Assembly (NCBI GenBank): GCA_021785935.1
Contig: JAJYOG010000007.1
Location: forward strand, 417-64,416
Reading direction: 5' to 3'
Source: Actinomycetes bacterium
Lineage (GTDB): Bacteria; Actinomycetota; Thermoleophilia; BMS3ABIN01
DNA length: 64,000 nucleotides
Below the pieces are notes generated by a model. It did no database searches. It worked only from the letters and a program-made list of their open reading frames with translations, and had not been told where the DNA came from. Of this stretch, positions 57,180 through 64,000 are shown piece after piece (position 1 is the stretch's first letter; each line of letters begins with the position of its first letter). A program made the translations under genes and the position numbers.

Positions 57180-59358
57180 TTAGGTCAACCACCCTCAGGC
57201 CGATGCGCTGCTTGCCCCGGTCTTCCTTGACTTCAATCACCTCGACCTGAACCATCTGACCGCGCTTGACCACATCTTCCACCTTGTTGACACGGCCTTC
57301 GGCCAGGTTGGAGATGTGCACCAGGCCATCAGTGCCACGCTTCAACTCGACGAAGGCGCCAAAATCAGTAGTCTTGACGACCTTGCCGACGAAAACGTCG
57401 CCGGCCTCGACATCCTTGGTCAGCTCGTTGATGCGCTTAATGACAGCCTCGCCGCTGGCGCCGTCACGGGCACAGATGAAGACGGTGCCGTCCTCTTCCA
57501 CATCGATCGAGCAGTCGAATTCGTCGACGAGACCGCGAATGGTCTCGCCGCCCTTGCCGATGAGGGCGCCGATCTTTTCAGGGTTGATCTGGATGGAGAA
57601 GATGCGTGGGGCGTACTCGGACAGCTCGGTCCTTGCCTCGGGCATGACTTCCAGCATTTTGCCAAGCACATGCATGCGGCCGCGCTTGGACTGCTCCAGC
57701 GCCTCGGCGAGCACTTCAGGGGTAATGCCTTCCTTGATCTTAAGGTCCATCTGGATAGCGGTAATGCCGTCCTTGCTCCCGGTCACCTTGAAGTCCATGT
57801 CGCCGAGGTGATCCTCGATACCGGCGATATCAGTGAGGACAACATAGTTGGCATCGACGTCTTCCGAGCCGCATTTCTCGCAGTGGCGCAGGAAGACGCC
57901 CTCGAAACCGCAACTGCGGCATTCGGAGCGAACTACCAGGCCGCAGGCGATGCCGCTGATGGGGGTCTTGATGGGAACGCCCGCGTCCATGAGCGCCAGG
58001 GTCGAGCCGCAGGTGCTCGCCATCGATGAGGAGCCGTTGCTCTCCATGATCTCGCTCACCAGGCGGATAGTATAAGGGAACTCATGCTCGTCCGGAATCA
58101 TGGGCCGAAGCGCCTTTTCCGCCAAGGCTCCATGGCCGATGTCACGCCTCTTGGGGCCGCGCATGAAGCCAGTCTCGCCCACCGAGAACGGCGGGAAATT
58201 GTAGTGATGGATGTACCGCTTGCTGTCTTCCAGGCCGAGGCCGTCGATCCGCTGGTAGTCGCCGACAGCACCCAGGGTAAGCAGTGTCATCGCCTGGGTC
58301 TGGCCGCGGGTAAACAGAGCCGAGCCGTGCGTGCGCGGGGCGACGCCGACCTCGACGCTGATCTCACGAACTTCTTCAACGCCACGCCCGTCGGGACGGA
58401 GCTTGTCGACCGCGATTGAGCGCCTGACAACGTCCTTCTCAATCGCCTTGGCGATCGATACTACCGAGCGGACGAAATCCTCGGGCGAATCTTCCTTAAC
58501 CAGCTCGCCTTTGACCGTACCGCGAATCGCTTCGATACGCTCGGAGCGCTCCTGCTTATCGGTGAGGCGGTTGGCCTCTTCCAGATCCGTGCGGCAGATG
58601 GATTCAATCTTCGCGTAGAGTTCCTTGTCGAACTCGGGCTCCTCGTGGACCCACTTGGGTTTGCCGACCGCCTCGCGCAGCTCATCCTGAAGCTGACAAA
58701 GCTGACGGATTGGCTCCTGGGCGAAACGTACTGCTTCCATGGCGACCGCTTCGGTTATCTCCGAGCCGCCGGCCTCGATCATGAGGATCGACTCGGCGGT
58801 GCCGGCGATCACCATATCGAGGTCGCAGTCCGGTTCCTGCATCTGTTGCCAGGTCGGGTTCAGCACCAGCTCGCCCGCCAGCCGGCCTACACGAACAGCG
58901 GCAATCGGCCCCTGGAAGGGAATCTCCGAGATCGAAAGGGCCGCAGAAGCGCCGACCAGCGCCAGCATGTCATAAGCATTCTCCTGATCTGTGGAGAGGA
59001 TGGTCGCGATGATCTGGGTTTCGTTAGAAAAACCCTTGGGGAATCGAGGGCGTACGGGACGATCGATCAGCCTCGCGGTCAGGATCGACTTCTCGCTGGG
59101 CCGGGCCTCCCTCTTGATGAAGCCACCGGGAATCTTGCCGGCAGCGTACATGCGTTCTTCGATATCGACGGTGAGCGGGAAGAAATCGATGCCTTCCTTA
59201 GCCTCGGTGCGTCCGGTCGCCGTCACCAGCACCATCGTGTCGCCGCATCTCATGATAACGGCCCCGTTAGCCTGCTTGGCTACGCGGCCGGTCTCGATGG
59301 ATATGGTTTTGCCGCCCAACTCGATGCTTTTGGTTGTAATAGTGGTTTCTGTGGCCAA
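57166..59358 (-). CDS. pnp: Polyribonucleotide nucleotidyltransferase (PNPase)
   Basis: 730 aa. Two RNase PH domains, a KH domain and a C-terminal S1 domain (GDVFVGKVVKTTDFGAFVEL). Confidence 0.95.
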   Translation of the reverse strand: MATETTITTKSIELGGKTISIETGRVAKQANGAVIMRCGDTMVLVTATGRTEAKEGIDFFPLTVDIEERMYAAGKIPGGFIKREARPSEKSILTARLIDRPVRPRFPKGFSNETQIIATILSTDQENAYDMLALVGASAALSISEIPFQGPIAAVRVGRLAGELVLNPTWQQMQEPDCDLDMVIAGTAESILMIEAGGSEITEAVAMEAVRFAQEPIRQLCQLQDELREAVGKPKWVHEEPEFDKELYAKIESICRTDLEEANRLTDKQERSERIEAIRGTVKGELVKEDSPEDFVRSVVSIAKAIEKDVVRRSIAVDKLRPDGRGVEEVREISVEVGVAPRTHGSALFTRGQTQAMTLLTLGAVGDYQRIDGLGLEDSKRYIHHYNFPPFSVGETGFMRGPKRRDIGHGALAEKALRPMIPDEHEFPYTIRLVSEIMESNGSSSMASTCGSTLALMDAGVPIKTPISGIACGLVVRSECRSCGFEGVFLRHCEKCGSEDVDANYVVLTDIAGIEDHLGDMDFKVTGSKDGITAIQMDLKIKEGITPEVLAEALEQSKRGRMHVLGKMLEVMPEARTELSEYAPRIFSIQINPEKIGALIGKGGETIRGLVDEFDCSIDVEEDGTVFICARDGASGEAVIKRINELTKDVEAGDVFVGKVVKTTDFGAFVELKRGTDGLVHISNLAEGRVNKVEDVVKRGQMVQVEVIEVKEDRGKQRIGLRVVDLNPKL

Positions 59359-59600
59359 AATATTCCTTCTCCTTGACTTCGGACGCCTGCTTTCAGACGC
59401 CCCCTCAATAAATAAATCAGGCCGCGAGAAGCGACGCTTCCGCGGCCTACTCTAGGCTTAAGGCTCAAAATCCCGCCGGAAACCTTTGGCGGGATACTCA
59501 GCCTCAGGCCTAGAGCAATTAGATCCCAAGTGCGGCAGCGCAATACGCGATAGGGCACAGAAGGGATTGTTCAGACAGAACAGGATTAAACTGGAAATGG

Positions 59601-59870
59601 CTACTTCCGCAGTCCTAATTCCTTAACCAGCGTGCGGTAGCGGTTGACGTTCTTGTCCTGCAGATAGGTCAGTAACCGCCGCCTCTTCCCCACCATCTTC
59701 AGCAACCCCCGGCGAGAGTGATGATCTTTCTTGTGGGTCTTGAGATGCTCGGTGAGGCCGTTGATCCTCTCGGTCAGCAGAGCGATCTGTACCTCCGGAG
59801 ATCCTGTATCACCCTCGGTGCTGCCAAACTTACCGATGACCGATTCCTTATTCTCCTTGCTTAGTACCAA
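59601..59870 (-). CDS. rpsO: 30S ribosomal protein S15
   Basis: 89 aa. [38 protein letters not shown] is the S15 signature. Confidence 0.95.
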   Translation of the reverse strand: MVLSKENKESVIGKFGSTEGDTGSPEVQIALLTERINGLTEHLKTHKKDHHSRRGLLKMVGKRRRLLTYLQDKNVNRYRTLVKELGLRK

Positions 59871-60048
59871 TGTTTCACCTCCTTTTCTTCCTCCACGAAC
59901 GGATGTGGGGAGCCTTGCGTACTGTCAAAGCTTATCATAGCCACATTTAAAAGGCTAACGGCGGCCGGGGTTTGCAGGGCTTTATTAATCCCGGGAACTG
60001 CCGAAGAAAGGAAGACATTTTTGCCGGCTGCCTCAGCCGGATGAATTT

Positions 60049-61125
60049 TTGGGGGAGGACTTCGTGAACAGCGCCATCGATAGCGCCAGCGCCATTTCAC
60101 CAGGGGCGGTTCAGCGCAAAAAATTCGCAGCCGGAATTATTCCAGGAGTGATTTTATGTGTAATCATCACCCTGCCGGCGATGGAACTTTCTCAGGTTTC
60201 AGGCTCTCTGGACGCGCTGACGTTATCGCTGGTAATGGGCATGATTATCAGGAATGTAATCGGTCCCAGCGACATCGCCCTTCCTGGCATCAAGCTGGTC
60301 GGCGCCATCTTTATTCCAACCGGCATCCTTCTATATGGCTCCCGTCTGAATTTTGGCGCATTCGCGGCCCTGCCTGGGTTGACTACGGCCACGGTGATGA
60401 TCTGCATCATCCTTTTCTACACAGTAATTCTCCTGGGCGTCAAGTGGGCAGGCGTCGACCGGCGAACCGGCTTATTGATTGCTTCTGGAACCGCTATCTG
60501 CGGCGCTTCCGCCATCGCCGTAATTTCACCAGTGATCGGCGCCCGGTCCCGCGATACTTCTTTGGCTCTGATAGTCACCACTACAGCGGGATTAATAGGG
60601 GCGATCCTCTACCCGATTATCGCTGATGCCTTTAATCTTTCCAATCTCGCATATGGAATTTTCTGCGGCTCGACGCTGCAGCAGATGGGAATCGTCAAAC
60701 TGGCCGCCAGCAATCTCGGAGACGCAGCCATCGCCTTCGCGGTCCCCGTGAAGCTTGTGAGGATCGCCATGCTGGCGCCGATAGCCCTGTTCCTGGCTGG
60801 CACGACAGTGTTTGCATCCGGTTTCGACAGAAAGAAGCCGGCCAGCACAGTAAAAGTCTTAAAACGTCTGTGGTTCTTGCCACTCTTTGTCGCCGTCGCC
60901 GTGATCTTTACTTTTGTCGATGCGGCCGCCGGTCTAAGAGAAAGTGTCGAACCCCTGGCAACGATCTTCATGGCGCTCGCGCTTGCCAGCATTGGCTTGA
61001 CGGTAGATTTCAACATAATCAAATCAAGCGGACCCAAGCCGTTGCTGATCGGCCTTCTGGGCTGGGCGCTGGTGGCGCTGCTGATCTTGGCGACGTTGAT
61101 ACCGCTAATTGTCTGGGAAGGATGA
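60049..61125 (+). CDS. yeiH: YeiH/UPF0324-family membrane transporter (putative sulfate exporter family)
   Basis: 358 aa, about 10 TM, with family-typical Gly/Ala-rich helices. Start may lie a few codons downstream. Confidence 0.65.
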   Translation: MGEDFVNSAIDSASAISPGAVQRKKFAAGIIPGVILCVIITLPAMELSQVSGSLDALTLSLVMGMIIRNVIGPSDIALPGIKLVGAIFIPTGILLYGSRLNFGAFAALPGLTTATVMICIILFYTVILLGVKWAGVDRRTGLLIASGTAICGASAIAVISPVIGARSRDTSLALIVTTTAGLIGAILYPIIADAFNLSNLAYGIFCGSTLQQMGIVKLAASNLGDAAIAFAVPVKLVRIAMLAPIALFLAGTTVFASGFDRKKPASTVKVLKRLWFLPLFVAVAVIFTFVDAAAGLRESVEPLATIFMALALASIGLTVDFNIIKSSGPKPLLIGLLGWALVALLILATLIPLIVWEG

Positions 61126-63143
61126 CCTTGGCTATCGCGGTAAAAAATCGCCATCAAACAAGTATCTTCCGCAAGACCGCGATAATTTTCGTCATCGTCA
61201 CGCTGGTGCCTGTTGCTATCCTGGGGTTACGAAGCCACCACATATTTATTGATAATTTAAACTCCATGGTCAATGGCGGGCTGATAACCCAGCAGGATGC
61301 CGATACGCAAACTCGCAGCATGGAGGCCCAGGCGCTGATTTATTGTGGCTACGGACTGGTAGTGGCCCTGATACTGGGATATTTTTTCGCCAGCAGCCTG
61401 GTGAAGCCAATCCGCACGCTACAACTCGGCGCCCGCAAGATTGGCGACGGCAACCTCGACTACAGGGTGGAAACGGATACCGATGACGAACTGTCGGACC
61501 TGGCGGTGACCATCAACCAGATGGCGGCATCCCTTCAGGCCCGCCAGGAAGAAATCAGCCGGAGCAATCGTGACCTGTCGCTGCTATATGAGGTTGCCCA
61601 TTCAATGTCGGAATCGCGGGAGCTTAACGATCTTCTTAACCAGGCACTGGAAAAAGCAATGGACATCTCCGGATCGTCCATGGGTTGCATCCTGCTAAAG
61701 GGAAAAGATGACGAACTGGAGCCGATTATTTGCCAGACGACGGCTGCCTGCCGTATCGAAGACCGGCAAAACAGGGTATTCGACCGGGCCGCCAAGATCG
61801 CGACACGCTCTGGAAGGCCGGCAGTCTTCGATTATCGCGAAGACGAGCAGGAAGGTGACTTGCCGCTGAATGCACTGGCCTGCGTGCCACTAAAATTCGA
61901 GGGCATTCTCCAGGGCGCTATCTGTGTCACCGGCGCTCGCTCAGATTTTCCGCAGGAAACCCTGGACCTGATTTCGGCCATCGGCAGTGAGGTCGCGGTC
62001 GCAATCGAAAACGCCCGCCTTTTTGAAAAAATGGAAGGGCAGAACCAGGAACTGGCCATGGCTACGGCCGAAATCGCCAATCTCATCTCCCAGGCCGAGG
62101 CCCAGAAAAGTTTTGGCACCCGTTATCAAAATCCGAACCTGATTCCCTGCTGGGAGTTAAAGCAGTGCAAGTACGATACTTGCCCCGCATACGGCTCCGC
62201 GGAAAACCTTCGCTGCTGGCAGGTGGCAGGAACCCATTGCGGCGGCGAGGTGCAGGGTGTTTTCGCACAGAAGCTCGGCCGTTGTGAGCGCTGCGAGGTC
62301 TTTGCCGCTGCCTGCCCTGATAAAATTACGCACCTGGGCGAGACCTTTAATAACATGATGGCGGTGCTGGAGCGCCGCGTTGAAGAACAGGAAGAGCTGC
62401 AGCGTCAGCTCTATAGTTCTTCGAAGCTGGCCGCCATCGGTGAGCTGGCCGCCGGTGTGGCTCATGAGATCAACAACCCGTTGACTGGCATCCTTGGCAG
62501 CGCCCTGCTGATGAAATCGAAGAAACTCGATCCCGAATCAATGGAAAGAAAACTCGAGGTTATCGAGAGTGAGGCTCTTCGCGCCCGGGACATCGTCCGC
62601 AATCTGCTGGACTTCGCCCATCAGGGAGGCACCCTCAAGTCAGCACCGGTTTCAGTCTCGACGCTGATCGAGCACACCCTCAACCTGCTGCGGCATCAGG
62701 CTGATATCGGCTCGATTAAAGTGGAGACGCACTTCCAGGATGACCTGACACAAGTAGCTGTTGATGTAAACCAGATGAAACAGGTCTTCCTCAACATCAT
62801 CCATAATGCCATCCACTCGATGCCGGATGGCGGCCTCCTGATGATCAATACCCGCAATGGTCCCGTTACCGGAGATCAACGTCAGCTGGAAATCAGTTTC
62901 GCCGATAACGGCTCGGGAATCGAACCCACCGCTTTGGACCGGATCTTCGATCCTTTCTATACGACCAAGCAGGTGGGAGAAGGGACGGGGCTTGGCTTAT
63001 CGGTGTCTCAACGTATCGTCGACGATCATGGCGGCACAATCCATGTGGAGTCTGAACCGGGGAAGGGATCGACGTTCATAGTTACGCTGCCGGCTGCCGG
63101 AAGTCCGGTTTCAGAAAGTACGGGTCGGCAGAACGTGGCCTGA
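61122..63143 (+). CDS. Sensor histidine kinase: 2 TM + HAMP + GAF + 9-Cys insert + HisKA + HATPase_c
   Basis: Start at ATG 61122 (ATGA overlap with the yeiH stop). H-box AAGVAHEINNPL. N/G-boxes HNAIHSMP and DNGSGI...GTGLGLS. The Cys-rich segment CWELKQCKYDTCPAYG...CWQVAGTHCGG...CERCEVFAAACP sits between GAF and HisKA. Confidence 0.85.
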   Translation: MTLAIAVKNRHQTSIFRKTAIIFVIVTLVPVAILGLRSHHIFIDNLNSMVNGGLITQQDADTQTRSMEAQALIYCGYGLVVALILGYFFASSLVKPIRTLQLGARKIGDGNLDYRVETDTDDELSDLAVTINQMAASLQARQEEISRSNRDLSLLYEVAHSMSESRELNDLLNQALEKAMDISGSSMGCILLKGKDDELEPIICQTTAACRIEDRQNRVFDRAAKIATRSGRPAVFDYREDEQEGDLPLNALACVPLKFEGILQGAICVTGARSDFPQETLDLISAIGSEVAVAIENARLFEKMEGQNQELAMATAEIANLISQAEAQKSFGTRYQNPNLIPCWELKQCKYDTCPAYGSAENLRCWQVAGTHCGGEVQGVFAQKLGRCERCEVFAAACPDKITHLGETFNNMMAVLERRVEEQEELQRQLYSSSKLAAIGELAAGVAHEINNPLTGILGSALLMKSKKLDPESMERKLEVIESEALRARDIVRNLLDFAHQGGTLKSAPVSVSTLIEHTLNLLRHQADIGSIKVETHFQDDLTQVAVDVNQMKQVFLNIIHNAIHSMPDGGLLMINTRNGPVTGDQRQLEISFADNGSGIEPTALDRIFDPFYTTKQVGEGTGLGLSVSQRIVDDHGGTIHVESEPGKGSTFIVTLPAAGSPVSESTGRQNVA

Positions 63144-63150
63144 AAGAGAT

Positions 63151-64000
63151 CTATTTCTTGGCCGCGGCAAATCCCTTGTATTTGCGCGCCGTAGCGATAT
63201 CTTTTTTGATTTGGGCTACAAGTTCTTCCGGGCCTTCGAATTTCTTCTCGTCGCGCACCCGTTCGAGAAAATCCACCCTGACATTGAAGCCGTAAAGATT
63301 GCGATCGAAGTCGAGGATGTGGGCTTCGATTCTCATCCGCTCCTTGCTTTCCTCATCTGTTGAGCAAAAAGTAGGATTCTGTCCCACGTTGACCAGGCAG
63401 GCATAGGGCTCGTTGCCAATAAAGAGGTCGGCCAGGTAAACACCCTTGCCTGGGAAGATGCATTCGACGCGGGCCTCGATGTTGGCGGTTCTGACGCCCA
63501 GCGTGCGGCCCCGCTTGTCACCATGAACCACCTTGCCATGCGTCGAAGGCGGCCGGCTGAGTATCTCGCGTACCTCCGAAAGCTCTCCGGCTCCCAACAG
63601 GCTGCGGATCCGGGTAGAGGAAATTGGTTGTCCTCCCGCTGTTACCAGCGGCTCAGCATTTACCTTCATCCCGACTTTCTTTCCGTATTCCTCCAGAAAT
63701 TTTATGTCCCCCTCTGCCTTGTAGCCGAAGCGGAAGTTGTCGCCAACGATCACCTGCACGGCTCCAAGCTGCGGCGAAAAAAGCATTTCGCAGAATTCCG
63801 TTGGGGATAGCCGTGAAAATTCATCCGTGAATGGAACGATCAGCAGTTCGTCGGCACCCGCGTTGCCGATCAGATCGGTCTTGACGTTGAGTGGCGTCAG
63901 GATTGGAGGACATTTATCCTGGGCAATTACCGAAAGTGGATGCGGATGAAAAGTCATCACCATGCTACGGGCGCCCTCTTGCTTCGCGGCGGACACCGCA
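63151..64000 (-). CDS. ribF: Bifunctional riboflavin kinase / FAD synthetase, N-terminally truncated by the window edge
   Basis: C-terminal riboflavin kinase domain (GKGVYLADLFIGNEPYACLVNVGQNPTF) and part of the FAD synthetase domain. The frame is open through position 64000. Confidence 0.85.
   Translation of the reverse strand, partial: AVSAAKQEGARSMVMTFHPHPLSVIAQDKCPPILTPLNVKTDLIGNAGADELLIVPFTDEFSRLSPTEFCEMLFSPQLGAVQVIVGDNFRFGYKAEGDIKFLEEYGKKVGMKVNAEPLVTAGGQPISSTRIRSLLGAGELSEVREILSRPPSTHGKVVHGDKRGRTLGVRTANIEARVECIFPGKGVYLADLFIGNEPYACLVNVGQNPTFCSTDEESKERMRIEAHILDFDRNLYGFNVRVDFLERVRDEKKFEGPEELVAQIKKDIATARKYKGFAAAKK

Noticed and set aside
59359-59600. Possible novel RNA between rpsO and pnp
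   Set aside because: Hairpins here (GGCCGCGAGAAGCG...CGCTTCCGCGGCC; CCCGCCGGAAACCTTTGGCGGG) are the expected rpsO terminator and pnp leader autoregulatory stem-loops.

Overview
This 64-kb window is almost entirely minus-strand coding, GC-rich, and reads like a Desulfobacterota-type (deltaproteobacterial) anaerobe; the taxonomy is inference from gene content, with no database search behind it. Main blocks, in coordinate order: (i) 1-3.4 kb is an accessory patch with a HigB/RelE-like toxin plus XRE-HTH antitoxin, an unrecognisable Cys-rich hypothetical, and an IS110-family transposase with long non-coding flanks. (ii) 3.4-15.3 kb is one contiguous 11-gene dissimilatory sulfite reductase supercluster, transcribed on the minus strand as dsrN-dsrM-dsrC-dsrKJOP-dsrABD-dsrL. 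(iii) 15.4-17.6 kb holds a TPR membrane protein and degenerate remnants of a paralog. (iv) 17.7-27 kb carries rluD, lspA, a dksA-like gene, divIVA, an inserted CofE-like/asnB pair, yggT, proC, sepF, yggS and pgeF. (v) 27-43.2 kb is a complete dcw cell-wall/division cluster (mraZ-rsmH-ftsL-ftsI-murF-mraY-murD-ftsW-murG-murC-murB-ftsQ-ftsA-ftsZ) that lacks murE and ddl. (vi) 43.5-45.7 kb has a TPR protein, a prepilin peptidase and an MBL-fold hydrolase. (vii) 45.7-52.4 kb is an Hdr/Flx-type cluster (hdrCBA-mvhD/flxDCBA). (viii) 52.7-55.7 kb carries futalosine-pathway menaquinone genes (mqnC/mqnA/mqnE-like). (ix) 55.9-59.9 kb is rpsO-pnp-M16 peptidase. (x) 60-63.1 kb has a YeiH-family transporter and a sensor histidine kinase with an unusual Cys-rich insert. 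(xi) The window ends in a truncated ribF. The most interesting unexplained structure is a family of short GGGGAC...GTCCCC-type palindromic repeats. It appears as an array of about six hairpin units in the dsrM-dsrC spacer, as two copies in the dsr 3'UTR beside the IS110, as a 152-bp perfect inverted-repeat MITE-like element exactly filling the M16/mqnE spacer, and as a copy at the murC start. No rRNA, tRNA or CRISPR was recognised. All functional calls rest on motif and architecture recognition by eye, because I could not run HMM or BLAST searches.
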